Assembly: GCA_051294905.1 (NCBI GenBank) | Contig: CM119373.1 | Span: forward strand, 8,184,001-8,248,000 | Length of the DNA stretch: 64,000 nt | Source: Botryllus schlosseri | Taxonomy: Eukaryota | Reading direction: 5' to 3' | The notes under the pieces: generated by a model | The model's database searches: none | Told to the model about the DNA's origin: nothing | Seen by the model: the letters and a program-made list of their open reading frames with translations, nothing else | Shown here: piece after piece, positions 33,144-46,675 of the stretch | Position numbering within the stretch: position 1 is the first letter of the stretch | How the letters are laid out: each line of letters starts with the position of its first letter | Made by a program: the position numbers and the translations under genes

Positions 33144-33569
33144 AGTCCGCGCAAAAATCATAATTCCAAATCCAACTTTTTTCTACTGGAAATCAAAATA
33201 TAAATTTTGTTACCTACACTACTTTTAACATCAAAATTCGAATGAAAATTCAGATATATGTCCGCGTGAAAATTGAAATTCCAAATATAGGGGAAGACTG
33301 GGAGCAATGTTACAGCGGTGGGTTGCTCCAACCGTTACAAAAAAGTGGATAGAAATGGTCAGGCCATTGTGTCATTATACCGCCTGCGTCAGAAAATCTT
33401 CATCCGTTGTTTCTGACTTTGTTTCGTTTGATTTTTTTGTAAAAATTTGCCTATCTGGAATGTTTCGAGTGTTTCATAATCTTAGGAATCTTATAATCAG
33501 CCATACTCATTCCGCGTTGAACATGATGAAAATTCTATACTCTCCGCGAATAGAGTCCCTGAATTTATA

Positions 33570-34165
33570 TGACATCATCATCATCGGTTTATTAGCAATT
33601 TTATCAGTTCAATACACCACAAAAAGGCGATACTATGAAAAGACAGGAAGATGTCGAAGCGACTTGGAGTAGTCTATGGAATCAGACACCCACCTTGGCC
33701 TAGGCAATGTAAAAATAAGGCATGCACACTGAATGAAAGTAGAAAAGATAGTATAGAAAAAGAATGCGACAAGAAACAGGGCGGCATGTCATGGAAATCG
33801 AGATCGATAGGTCAGTCGTGGTCCGGTAATCTTGAGAATGGTCTGTATTTATTTAGTATTTCGACTTGAATGTGGACATGCTCGTCGACTGTCGGATGGC
33901 CGGCGGAATACTGTTCCACACATCAGGTCCGGCATATTTGATGGAGCGATGATCTTTTCGGTCGATCATACGATATTTGGACGCGCGTGTGTTGTACTTG
34001 TGCGCTTTTGAATCCGAGGTAAAGAAGTCATTGAAATATTTGCGGCAACGACCGCAGTGGAACTGATACGTAAACGTGGCGATTTCTAGTTTGCGAATAT
34101 CTTCTATGTTTAAGACACCGAATCTCTTCAGCAGAGACTTGTTGGATGGGCAGCCAGGCCCCTTG
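33570..34165 (-). pseudogene. 5'-truncated CR1/L2-group LINE 3' end inside the Foldback centre
   Basis: LLKRFGVLNIEDIRK..HKYNTR..RSIKYAGPDVWNSIP..STFKSK is a typical ORF2 C-terminus. A (GAT)n tail lies at ~33572-33586 on the minus strand. Confidence 0.78.
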
Positions 34166-34175
34166 ATGATATGTA

Positions 34176-34950
34176 AAATAAGGCCGCAATAAGTCGCTAC
34201 ACGCAGAATAAGGACAGTCACATGCAAAATAAGGTCAGTCGCATGCAAAATAAGGTCAGTCGCGACATGCAGAATAAGATCAGTCACATGCAAAATAAGG
34301 TCAGTCACATGCAAAATAAGGTCAGTCACATGCAAAATAAGGTCAGTCGCATGCAAAATAAGGTCAGTCGCGACATGCAGAATAAGATCAGTCACATGCA
34401 AAATAAGGTCAGTCACATGCAAAATAAGGTCAATCACATGCAAAATAAGGTCAGTCACATGTAAAATAAGGTCAGTCGTGACATGCAGAATAAGGTCAGT
34501 CACATGCAAAATAAGGTCAGTCACATGCAAAATAAGGTCAGTCGCGACATGCAAAATAAGGTTAATCACATGCAAAATAAGGTCAGTCACATGCAAAATA
34601 AGGTCAGTCACATGCAAAATAAGGTCAGTCGCGACATGCAAAATAAGGTCAATCACATGCAAAATAAGGTCAGTCACATGCAAAATAAGGTCAGTCGCGA
34701 CATGCAAAATAAGGTCAATCACATGCAAAATAAGGTCAGTCACATGCAAAATAAGGTCAGTCACATGCAAAATAAGGTCAGTCGCGACATGCAAAATAAG
34801 GTCAATCACATGCAAAATAAGGTCAGCCGCATGCAAAATAAGGTCAGTCGCGACATGCAAAATAAGGTCAGTCTCATGCAAAATAAGGTCAGTGGCATGC
34901 GAAATAGGGTCAGTCGCGACATGCAGATTGCAGTATAAGGTCAGTGGCAT
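34176..34950 (-). repeat. Inverted 21/24-bp array, right arm of the Foldback-like element
   Basis: ATGCAAAATAAGGTCAGTC(A/GCG)C units are the reverse complement of the left array. Confidence 0.96.
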
Positions 34951-35486
34951 AAGAAAAAAGTAGGATTTGAAGTAAATATTTGGATTTATACGCGGACTGT
35001 TAATATTCTACATGCGACTCACCCCGTGATCGTAAGAATCGTCTGATTACATTTTGTTGAAACATCTTCAGATTTAGGATATAGATGGGGAATGTCAATC
35101 ATGAAATTACTATATAGAAAAGATATTTTGAATTTATTTTTCATAAAAAAAAGAATTGGATTTGTAATTGAAGTGTGGATTTGGATTTATGCGCGGACTG
35201 ATAATGATATTACACATGCGACTGACTTCGTAATCAAGTTAATCATGAATATCTTTTGATTGAAACATCTCAGGATTTAGGATATAGATAAGGAATTTCA
35301 ATGTTGAAAGTAGGCTGCTATACAGGAAAGATATTTTGAATTTATTTTTCATAAGAAGAAAGTTGGATTTGTAATTGAAGTATAGATCTGGATTCATGCG
35401 CGGACTGACCTTATTTTGCATGTCGCGACTGACCTTATTTTGCATGTGACTGACCTTATTTTGCATGTCATCGCACCAACCCTGTA

Positions 35487-38400
35487 GAGTTTATCACCCG
35501 CATAAACCGGATAAAATCAGAGTCGTATTCGATTGTTCTGCTCCATATTGCTCAATTTCCCTGAATGATGTTTTGTTATCTGGCCCAATACTGCTGAATG
35601 AGATGCTGGGAGTTCTTTGCAGGTTTCGGAAAGGATACGTGGCGTTGTGCACAGATATAGAAGCCATGTTCCATCAGTTTATTGTATCGCAGCCGTATCG
35701 TGATTTTCTAAGATTCCTGTGGTTCCAAGATCACGACATCAGGAATGGACCTCTGGTGGAATACCGGATGAAGGTTCATTTGTTTGGAGCAAAAAGTTCA
35801 CCAGGCTGTGCCAACTTTGGATTGAAGCGGGCGGCTGATGACGGGGAAAATCTGTTTGGTCCCGAAGCTGCTGATTTCATACGCGACGACTTCTATATGG
35901 ACGACGGTATTACGTCGAAAGACTCGGTTGAAGAAATCGTGGGCTTGGTTAAAAGCAGCAAAGCACTGTGCGCTAATTTCAAGTTACGACTTTGCAAATT
36001 CGTTTCGAATAGCGCCGAGGTAATGAATTCTATTCCAACGGAAGATAGAGCGACTGGGTATCGCGAAATAAACCTATGTGATGATATCGTGCCTAACACT
36101 CGAACATTGGGGCTAATTTGGGATGTTAAGAATGATTGTTTCAGATTCAACATCAAATTGTCCGATCGTGCGTTGAGCAGGCGTTCAATCTTATCCTTCG
36201 TCAACTCCGTATATGATCCGTTGGGTTTCATATCGCCAGCGGTGCTGGAAGGGAAACTCATTCTGCAATCTCTTTGCAAAGCTGGGACGGACTGGGATGA
36301 TGAAGTACCAGACGAGCTGAAGCGCCGATGGGTTGCGTGGTGTTCAACGTTATCATCGATCGAGTCTTTGCGCATTGACCGCTGTTTCAAGCCGCCGAGT
36401 TTTGGTAAGATCGTGCTTGTTGAATATCATCATTTTTCGGACAGCAGCTCGTATGCTTATGGTCAATGCTCTTACGTACGCTTGGTCAACGAAAGAGGAA
36501 ATGCCCATGTTTCGTTGGTAATCGGCAAGGCCAGAGTTGCCCCTCTGAAGCGACAGGTATCTATTCCGCGTTTGGAGTTGAATGCTGCTGTTGTTTATGA
36601 ATTGAAGTTCGAAACGGTGAACGAGTATTTCTGGGTTGATAGCATGGTTGTCTTGGGCTATATCCGAAATGAGTCGAAACGTTTCAACGTGTTTGTTGCT
36701 AACAGGGTGCAATGACCTCATGACCTCACTGAACCTAGCTCGTGGCATCATATCAGCTCGGCGATGAACCCCAGCGACGATGCGAGTCGTGGTATCGATG
36801 GCAAAGACCTCACAGATGATTGTCGCTGGCTGAAAGGTCCCAAATTTTTGTGGAAATCAGGACCATTTGTTGTTGCTAGTGATCACGACTATACGCCAAC
36901 CGAACGAGATGCATTGGAAGTTGATGCTGAAATGCGAAAAGCGACTGCGTTTCAGGTCAAAACGGACGCGGAAGTTAGTGGTCTCCAATTCATCAATATT
37001 AAGCGGTTGGAGTCCATTTCGGAATGGAAAAGAACGGTGAAAGCGGTAGCCAACTGCCTCAGGTACATGAACATATTGAGGAAACAACCCGCCACTTTGT
37101 CCAGCGAGTTAATGATGATTTCTGAAAAAATAATTATCCGTTCTCTCCAGAGAGAAGTGTTTTCACAGGAGATCAATGCCTTGAAAGAACATGGCGCTGA
37201 AAATCGTTCGGCTGGAAAGAAACCAACAGGTGGAAGTTTGGCAAGCTTGAATCCGTTCCTCGACGCTGACGGGATACTACGTGTTGGTGGCCGTATTGGG
37301 AACTTAAATCAAGATTTCGAGGTGAAGCATCCTATAATAATGCCACGACAGTCCCTTCTGACACGACGGCTGGCTCGTCATTTTCATGAAGGTGTAAATC
37401 ACATGGGTAGGTACACAACCTTGAACTCAGTTAGACAACGTGGCTTTTGGATCGTTCGAGGTCCATCAGTTGTATCAGAGGTGATACATAATTGCGTGGT
37501 TTGTAAGAAACTCAGGGCAAAGATGCAGAACCAACAGATGGCCGACCTCCCGCCAGATCGACTAAAAGAAGAGGCACCATTCACCTTCTCCGGCTGTGAT
37601 GTCTTTGGAACATACTACATCAAAGAACGGAGGTCAACGATGAAAAGGTATTGTGTCGTTTTCACTTGCATGTCTTCGCGAGCAGTTCATCTGGAGCCAC
37701 TGAATACTTTAACCACGGATTCGTTCATAAACGCTTTAAGAAGGTTCATCTGTCGGAGAGGAGTAATCAAGCAATTGCGCTGTGACTGTGGAACCAACTT
37801 CGTCGGCGCGAGTAACGAGCTTGAAAGAGAATTGAAGACGATGAATCAGCAAAGAATAAGTGAATTTCTGTTGTCGCAAAATTGTGATTATTTCGAGTTC
37901 AAGTTTACGATACCGCATGCCAGCCACATGTCTGGATATGTCGAACGTCAAATTAGAACGATAAAATCGGCCCTTGACCCATTGCTGAATAACTTCGGTC
38001 ACATGCTCTGTGACGAGTCCTTCAGAACTTTCCTTTGTGAAGTTGAATGTATCGTTAACTCGTGACCATTAGATGTTTCAAGCATTAATGACCCTTCAGC
38101 TCCCGAACCTTTGACTCCGAATCACATATTAACTTTGAAATCGAAAATTGTTCTGCCTCCACCTGGTGTGTTTCAAAAAGATGATTTTTATTTGAGACGC
38201 AGGTGGCGCCGAGTACAGTACATGGCCAACGAATTTTGGAATCGGTGGAGAAAAGAGTACGTCCAATCTCTGCAACGTCGAAAAAAAGTGGACACGCGTC
38301 GTGCCGAATCTGAAAGTCGGCGATGTCGTCTTGCTGTCGGAAGAAAATTTGCCACGAAATCGGTGGAAACTGGGAAGAATCGACTCCGTTTATCCTTCAG

Positions 38401-38546
38401 ATGATGGGTTGGTGCGGAAAGCAAGGATACTCGTTGGGCGAAGAGACTCTGATGGAAAGCCGACTTATCTGGAAAGGCCAATACACAAACTCACCTTACT
38501 TGTTGAGTCTTACTTGTTGAGTCGCACTCTCAAACAAGAACCGTAG
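35487..38546 (+). pseudogene. BEL/Pao pol (RT, RNase H, integrase), with stops at ~36715 and ~38065 and a frameshift at ~38280
   Basis: KIRVVFDCSA, DIEAMFHQ, FYMDDG, HHFSDSS..AYG, IPRLEL, H..G..C..C, GCDVFG, CDCGTNF, GYVERQI, DUF5641-like RWRRVQ..FW. Confidence 0.95.
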
Positions 38547-38775
38547 TTTTTCTATTGAAATGAATTGTCAAAATCTCGAATTGTCTGAATCTCGTTTGGT
38601 TTGTATCGTGGAAAGGGTAAATTCTTTGAATACTGTATGCTTATCCTCCGTATACGTGTCTTTAGTTCTTTGTGTGCCATGTATTTGTGGGTCGATCCCC
38701 GACGATGGGAGCCTTCATTGAACTCATTTGTTTGCGAAACCACAATTGCATCAAATTGCAGTTTCGGGGGAGCCA

Positions 38776-39222
38776 TGTTACTGCAGTAATCTGCAGGGTT
38801 TAGTGTAGTGATTATTGTCATCAGTTGATTAGGCGCCCCGTGCTTTGTTCTCTCTATATATGTTGATTGGGCGCCGCTTCTAGTTTATTCGTTTCTGTCG
38901 TTGGTACTGTTGTGTTAGCTACTTTAAGTTGGTACGCTGTCAGTTGTTCTTCGTGTTCTATGTGGTCTCTAGTTATTGACATGTGTTTCTATTGTTTAGA
39001 GGCTTGTCTTCCATAACTGCAGGCGACCACTATTTTAAAACCTAATTTCACGACCCAGTTTCATTTGCTGTATTTGGACATTACTTCGTTACATCAATTA
39101 TTTGCAATACATATCATTTCTACCTTCATCTACGGATCATCATTTGTCTGGATCGGTCGTGGAATTTGAGTTCAATTCAAAAAGTGGTTTCAATAACTCT
39201 CCTTACGTGAGGAGCAGTTACA
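38776..39222 (+). repeat. Probable BEL/Pao 3' LTR
   Basis: Polypurine tract GGGGGAGCCA followed by TGTTACTGC...GCAGTTACA (TG...CA with a short inverted repeat). The 5' LTR lies outside the window. Confidence 0.7.
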
Positions 39223-40915
39223 GTACGATTTACCCAAAAGCCTTCCCGCAGTTGGCTACCTGGGCCGATATAACTGTCTGTTAATCATTGAGTAATAAAT
39301 ATTCAAAAAGGTGTAAGTGTTGGCTTTGACAACATAGACTGCATAGATAAGAAGTGAATGACAACAGACTGCATAGATAAGATAAGAAGTGCATAAGCCT
39401 GTCCATAAATAACCGTCATCAAGTACTCGGATTGTGTGTGTGGGTTTGTATAGCAATGCATTCCTGATTTTAACGCCCACCATACCATTAAAGCGGCTAG
39501 CATATCTTATAGTACGCGAAGCAGAAAATGAACCAAAGGTGCTAGTCGCAACATTGGTGCTACGACTAAGTGCAGTTTCACTATTTTGTGCGTTCTAAAT
39601 GCGAACACACTTACATCGCGATGATCCAACATGTGGATTTAGTGGCAAAGTGATATTGTTGCGAGTGAATATTGTTCTTGGGTTCACCCTTTAAACTTCG
39701 AAGGTAATCCATGCAGGATACCCGCGTAAGGAAATGAACATCCTGAGAACAACGGGAGTGCGGTATCTATGATTTTTGTACTGCAGTGACTTTAGTGCTT
39801 AATCAATAATACGATACGCTGAATGCAAAATAATGATGCTCTGTGCCTCCAAGAAGTTCGAATGGAGCTCTAAAAGGTTGAAAAGCACTGCTCTAATATA
39901 TGCTATTCGCTACGAAAATTCTGTGATGAGCATCGGAGCGGAGTCGGAGTCTATTCGGAGCATAGTTTTGCCGATTTTGTGACACTCGAAGCAGAATCGT
40001 AGTTGTTCGGCGATTTTCGGAGTGTCGTAAATTCAGCCCCGATGTCTTCGGATAGCTCGGTCCGGAATACACTATCGATCACAAAACAGAACATTTACAC
40101 CTTTTAAAGTGGTAATATGACGGGTAGATACGAAAATAATTGTCGAGTACATGGAAATCAGTCATATGCACTGGAATTAGAAACTATAAGGCCATCGATA
40201 CTATGACATTTACTAAGTACAACACAACACCAAGTGTCGGGCTGCATTGGATTCGTAGACGACGTGAAAAGGTCGTATTACCTGTGATTTCGTTGTATTC
40301 TATCAGAATAGATGTTATGGAGTATGTGAATAATAAAAAGCCAGGAGTACCAAATTTTACGCCATCATATAAAGATCTTCTTGTGATGTTATCTGCAATA
40401 ACATGCAAGAAAACGGACAAACTGTCCTGAAAGGCTAAAAAAGGCGGCGTGGGATAAATTAACAAACGAGTTGATTGCGTCAGGACTAGCAGCTACTATG
40501 AGGAGTTCTGAAGCGTTGCTTGAATCGCGTATCAAAACTATTCGTGCCCAGCAAAATCGGGAGCGAATCAAAACTGGAGGAGGGCCAAAAGTCATCATAG
40601 AGAGCGATAGCATCACTGATAAAGTTGAAGGTGTATGAGCATTAACATATGAGGCTTTATATAGTTATTGTGTGTCGCCGACGGAAAACAGCAGAAAAAC
40701 AGTTACCAGTACCGTACGACGATGATCATCAACTGACATATCAGCATCTATAATCTAAAATTCCCATTCAGCCTTATCAGTGTAACTTGAATCTCCTATA
40801 CGCTCGATAATTTGGATGAAGATCTTAGGGATAGGAGGTCTAATGATGAAGATTTTGAAATCGAAGATGATTCATAACGTGGAGTATTCTTAGTGATCGG
40901 ACAATAAGGATGCAT

Positions 40916-43900
40916 CAGGGATATCTAGACTACGGGATTGATAACTAGTCACGTGACCGCGTACTCAATTGACGGAATGAGGGCATTCTTGTCAAACAGG
41001 AGTTGAGGTGAAGGAACATCGTTGCGCTCGCAGTTCATGTGTGCCTTGTTATTTGTCAATTCAGGGATATATACTGTTCGCCAGGCATCTACTAGATAAG
41101 TTAGGGACGATCGTACATCGTAAGTTAGTTGGCAAACTGTCTTATAAATCTCGTGCGAAAGGTCGATGACGATCGCGTTTGAGCAGTGCCGGTACTAATT
41201 CTAATTGTAATTGCGGGTTTGCGTTCATCGCTAACTGCGTCGTTACTATTGATGGGCTGACCGTAGATCTTACTGAAGTGAACTGAGGATAAGTTTTGAT
41301 AGTTTAAACGTTGGAGCGGTACCAGTATTGGCTACTCAGCTCGTTAAGTTTGTCACGCGCGAGAAGTACCGGTAAGAACTAGTCGAGTCGTTCAGTAGTA
41401 GTGGTAGTGACTGACTGATTTGTACTCGTGTTTTTTTTTTGTCTTGACGTACAGCCACTGGTGCTACACAGTATATGGACAGACCGACAGACCTATAGGC
41501 TGGGCGAGTGGGCGACTGAGCAGCGTGCAAGGCTTTGGCCCTATAGGCCTACTGGCAATAGGCATAATACAGGTCTATAGGCTTACAGGCTCATATGCTT
41601 ACACGCCTATATCATCTAATTTCCATTTTGTCACCATAAATTGCTGGAACTAATTATATTAGACTTGAATTTATCTGACGCTGACACTACGATTGACGAA
41701 TGGGATATACCTGCTGTGTGCCAAATTGCCGTACTGGATACAAACCCAGAAAAAGTTCTAGGGTAGAGGAATGCTCAGTTTTACATGAACGCATGTTTGT
41801 TTTTCCACAAGAGCAACATTTACGCCAGAAATGGATTAAAGCGATTCCACGCAAAAATTGGATAGTAACAATGTACTCCAGGGTGTGTGCGAAGCATTTC
41901 TCTCCTGATGACTTCATGGTAGACACCTGTGATACAAACAGCACCCGCCGAAACAAGCACGAATTTCAGAAATTATCAAGATCGCGTTTGAAACCGGGTG
42001 TTGTTCCTCATATTTTCCCGAATCTGTCGGAGTATTTGAGTGTACCGAGCCCTAAATCTCGGAGTACGAAATCAAGTGCTTCTGCAAGACGTGAAATGCA
42101 AAATTCTCTAATTGAGGGCCGTAACAAGCAAATTTTTCTGCTTGAAAATATTGAAACATTAGCTTCTCTGAAGGAGAAGATTAAGAGCGAGACACTACCA
42201 TCTGGATATAGTTCTGTGTGCACCGATGATTCGCTGCAATTTCACTGGATAGAGACATCAGAAAATATGATCAATCCACCGAAACTTGCCATATCCGTTC
42301 TCATAAAGCAGAATTTGGAAGTCTTTGCTTTTGTTAATTCCAAACCAGTTCCCAGATCGATGTATGAGAACGTGCTTCCAACCGGATTTGTACAAAGCAC
42401 CAGCCAGGTAGCCAATGTGCTTGCTGTATGCAGGAAACTGTATAGTGGCAGTGATGACTCGAGCAGCATTAGTCTTGCTGTGTCTATCCTGGAAGATTAT
42501 CTCGTCACTTCGGCAGAGTCCGCAGCTCTACAGGATGGCTGCATGACACCTTTGTTAGGATTTATTGTGGAACAGTTGAAATTGATTCAAATCCACCCAA
42601 AAGGTCGCCGATATTCACCTGATACTCTTATGTTGGCTTTCCTGTGGAGATTGACTAGTCCTGCACTGTACAAAAAGTTGAAGCATTTCTTTGCCTTGCC
42701 TTCGATGAGTCGACTTCGCCAAATATCATCGAAAATGACTGTGGAACCAAGAAAAGTAGACTTGCATTATTTAAAGAGCGATCAAAAGACTTAACACCCC
42801 GCGATCGTATCGTATGCCTCATGATAGATGAGGTGTATACGGCACAAAGAATTGAGTACACTAATGGCTCATTCGCGGGTCTGACTGAGGAAGGCAAACC
42901 AGCAAAAACTGTACTGGCATTTATGGTCCAGTCTCTGTTCAGCAAGTACAAAGATATTGCTTGCCTGATTCCAGTTGAAAAATTGGACACAGACCGCCTT
43001 CGCAAGTGGTTTGAATTTGTCATGCAGGCTTTGGATGAATTCTTCCTAGTGATAGCGGTGTCAACAGATAACCATGTTTGTAACAGGAAACTCTTCATTG
43101 AGCTTTGTGGTGGCCAGCTTCGTCCGAGTATCGAGCACCCAGTGAGGAGTGGAGAAGAGCTGTTTCTCATTTTTGATTTTACCCATAATTTCAAAAACAT
43201 AAATAATAACTTTGTAAACAAAAAGCGGATGAATCCTCCCACTGCTGGCCATGAGGATATTTTAGGAGAGTCGTGCGATGCCAAGTTCAGTCACATACGA
43301 AAATTGTATGAACTTGAAGAAGGCCTTCCTGTCAAAGCTGCTCACAAATTAACTAAAGTATCTTTGAATCCTAGTGGTATTGCTCGAACGTCGCCTATAC
43401 ATGCTTTTGCTGTTTTCAGTGAAAGCACTGTGATTGGGCTTAAGGCATATGGGCAGCCACTGCATGAAGGAGCCTCTTGCAAATTCTCTGGATTTTTACA
43501 AACAGCACGTTATCTGGAATTCATTGAAAATATATGGAACATCATGTCCATGAAAAGTCCTAATAAAGCTACTAGGAAGAGAAATCCATTCTACATGCCT
43601 TTACAAGAAATGGAAGGTTGTGTCCACCCAGGGGAAGCATTCCTGAACAAAGCCATAACTATATTCATGGAGTGGCAAAGATCTGACAGAGCTGGGCTCA
43701 CTAACGAGACCTTTATGGCTTGTATTCAAACCATGACCTCAGTCCTTTCACTGTCAAAATACCTTCAACGGCAACATGGCGTGAAGTATTTTCTAACCGG
43801 AAAAGTCATGTCAGATCCCATTGAGGCTAGATTTGGCATGTACCGGCAAGCTAATGGGGCAAACTTTTTCATGTCCGTGAAGCAGTTACTGCTTGCGGAA

Positions 43901-44900
43901 AAGAAGTTCCGCTGCTTGAGCTTACTTCAGCAGCATGGTTTGAAGAGTATTCTGAATTTGAATGAACAAGACCCACCTTTGACCGCAACTGTGTTAGGCT
44001 ACAACCTGCAGAAGATTTCAAATGGTTGGTGAGCTTTCTTTTGCCTATCTGCGCCGCTGAATTTTATCACAACTGAAGAGGCCGGTGTTATATATTTTGT
44101 CAGTGGATACATTGGCCGATCAATTTCTGTGCGACGAAAGTGCATGGATTGCAAAAAATTGCTGATAACCAACCGTGATGTTCCGGATTTGGATTTCTGC
44201 TTCCCAGAAGAATACAAGAGAATATTCAAAATGGCTGATCGAGGTGGACTTGCTGAGCCTACCGAGTTATGCTTTGCAATAACGGCGCTTGCTGTCAAAT
44301 ATTTCACCATCATAAGTGATTCCATGGACATGAAGCAAAAATTGTTTTGTTGTCAAAACCAAAGATTTGTTTTCACGGAGGCAACTCACGAGGTGGTTCA
44401 TTTGTCAAGCCTAATGCGCCCTCTTTTGAATAACTGCTGTCAATCTGGTCATGCAAACTTCAACTCCATCGTCCAGACAGCTTTCAATTGCTTTGCGAAG
44501 AATGAACTTAAGCGATTCAACAGCAAACCAGCTCTTGTTGAGCCGCCAGCAAAAAAGCTACGTAAAATTAGGAAGCTCACGTCAAAGGCTTCCAAGGATT
44601 GACACAATCAAAGTTGGTGGTATTGCATGTCCTGTAACGGTTTATCTTGTGTTTATAATCAATTAATTGCATGCCATTTCACGAATATTATAATAAAGAA
44701 AAGTATTTGTGACGTCATAGTCACTATGACGTCATGGCCACTATGATGTCATCAACAATTTGTTATCTAACTTGAAGAGTAATAGTGGGCAACAAGGGTC
44801 CGTAGGTGCAGACAGCAGTCCTCACAGATAAAATTGGACTTTTGCCCTCATCACGTAATGGGCAAAAAAGAGTTATCAATCCCTAGTCTAGATATCCCTG
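40916..44900 (+). mobile_element. P-superfamily (THAP) DNA transposon
   Basis: ~30-bp TIR CAGGGATATCTAGACTA(C)GGGATTGATAACT at both ends and 8-bp TSD GGATGCAT (40908-40915, 44901-44908). Confidence 0.93.
41700..44602 (+). pseudogene. THAP-domain P-element transposase with frameshifts at ~42780 and ~44000
   Basis: THAP: CCVPNC..FP..W..RVCAKHF..LKPGVVP. Catalytic region: MIDEV, STDN, FDFTHNFKN, DPIEARFG. Confidence 0.9.
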
Positions 44901-45539
44901 GGATGCATAATGCACAATTGCACATGTAACCCTAATAGACATGTGCCGCTGCACTGCTGCGTGCTGCCATAGGTTTATGTTGGACAGCATACATTCAAAA
45001 AAGCCAACAAAGCTGAAATATCCGAGTAATTTCCCGGTAAACCAGCTGGTCATCGATGGGCAAGGAAATATGGTTAAAAATTGATCACAGCCAACTGCTT
45101 TGTTCGACTTACGTGGTTATCAAACGGCACTGATAGGTTCGGACAGCCCTTTTTAAAATCCTCAAATTAAAGTAACTGTCGCGCCGGAGACCAATATCAC
45201 TCGCGAATTCGATGTACCCGACTCGACATCTTGGATTTCCCGATACGTTGATTGATCAAAGGGAATAATAGCAGACCCAGATGCCCATGAATTACCAACG
45301 CTGATCTACGGCGCGAAATGAACCGCCGTGGAAGTGACATTCACAATTACAAACAACGCCATAGCTATCGCCGAAACTTCGAGAATTGAGAATTCGATCA
45401 GTATTTAGATTTTCGGAATCAGTGCAACAGTTAGATTACATTCAGTTCATATCAGTTATTATAAATTCTAAGCTATTTACAATGAATTGCGGTATCAATG
45501 GCGAAGTTTGGCCCGTCTGTGCCTTACCTATCGCATTAG

Positions 45540-45805
45540 AGAGAGAGAGAGAGAGATATGATATTCATTTTCGCCTGCACCATCGAGATGCTTTGACGAC
45601 GGAGTTGCGATACGGCCCCATGAGGTCATCTAGTCTGCGCCCCCGTTTTTTTCTCCTCCATGCTATCCGTGATTGCTGAGCGCCTAGCAGGATAGCTGCG
45701 GATACCAATTTTCGAGTCTTTGGTATGACCCGGCCGGGGATCGAACCCACTGCTTCCAACGATGGGTCGCGTGAGGGTCTGGGCCCCCCACGAGCTGAGC
45801 TATAC
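45540..45805 (-). repeat. tRNA-derived SINE with conserved central domain and (CT)n tail
   Basis: A box TAGCTCAG, B box GGTTCGATCC, then GGGTCATACCAAAGACTCGAAAATTGGTATCC..GGCGCTCAGCA (resembles the MetaSINE core; not verified). Confidence 0.75.
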
Positions 45806-46447
45806 GTCGAAACGTCGTATCTCGGAGTCAACGATTTTTAATAATTTTTTATCGTTTATTGTAGCGATCCTGTTACAATTCGACCCAGGAAAAGAATCAG
45901 ACTCGACAGATGTCAAATCTGCCATATACAGACCAAAGGTCATAGAACGAGGCATTTTCGGAACGTTCATAAGTGGTCGGTCGACAGAATTAAAGAGTAA
46001 GATTGTCGTTGGCGTATTTATAACAACTAGAAGCAAATAAATATGACATGTCGCAGGTCTGCTCGCTCCTTGCGCGAGCCCAGGCAAGACATCAAGCAAT
46101 GTCGCCCACAGTCTTGGTGTGCTCTCTGTTCGAGATCAGTGGCCACAGCCTATATAGCAACGCACTGGAGGATTACCCATTCGGATAGAATACGTGACGG
46201 CTTTGGGGTAGGTTGCGACACCTACAAGGGAAATTTTCAAAAGTTGACCTTCGAGTCCCACTTTTCAAGCGTGAGTAACTGTGATAGTAATGTGTCACTT
46301 TGGTTACCGAAACAATGCTGATTCGTTTATTACAGCTACTCTCCAGGTACGAGAGGCATCGCCAAGTGCAATCGCTTGACGAAGCAAACACAAAATTGGT
46401 CGTCAGCAAACTGAAACCAACATCAGCGTCTGTGAAGCCCTCATTAT

Positions 46448-46675
46448 CCTAAAGTAAGTGCAAATCGTAATTTCAAAGACTCTAACATTCCACACTGTAA
46501 AGAAACTGTACTACAACAGTGGTTTTAAAAATGGACGTGTATTACTGTTATGTTGCGTATGTCCTAAAGTAAGTGCAAATCGTAATTTCAAAGACTCTAA
46601 CATTCCACACTGTAAAGAAACTGTACTACAACAGTGGTTTTAAAAATGGACGTGTATTACTGTTATGTTGCGTAT
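46448..46675 (+). repeat. Two-copy ~114-bp tandem duplication; a 30-bp duplication also lies at ~46812-46872
   Basis: TCCTAAAGTAAGTGCAAATCG...GTTGCGTATG appears twice back to back. Confidence 0.9.

Larger units (their letters stand above)
1332..35486. mobile_element. Foldback-like long-TIR DNA element (non-autonomous; ~4.2 kb without the nested Polinton)
   Basis: Direct repeat GAGTTTATC at 1323-1331 and 35487-35495. AGGGTTGGTGCGATGACATGCAAAATAAGGTCA at 1336 is the reverse complement of the sequence ending at 35483. About 560 bp of arm plus tandem arrays are mirrored at both ends. Removing the element restores the BEL reading frame. Confidence 0.88.

Noticed and set aside
32650-34963. Further repeat-peptide ORFs, including a 365-aa ORF fused to a LINE C-terminus
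   Set aside because: Same array artefact. The apparent fusion is a chance in-frame junction with a truncated LINE.
45700-45805. tRNA-like sequences at ~4100, ~12440 and ~45750
   Set aside because: They have A/B boxes but no paired acceptor or anticodon stems, and they continue into SINE bodies and tails. They are annotated as SINEs, unlike the 30786-30856 tRNA.
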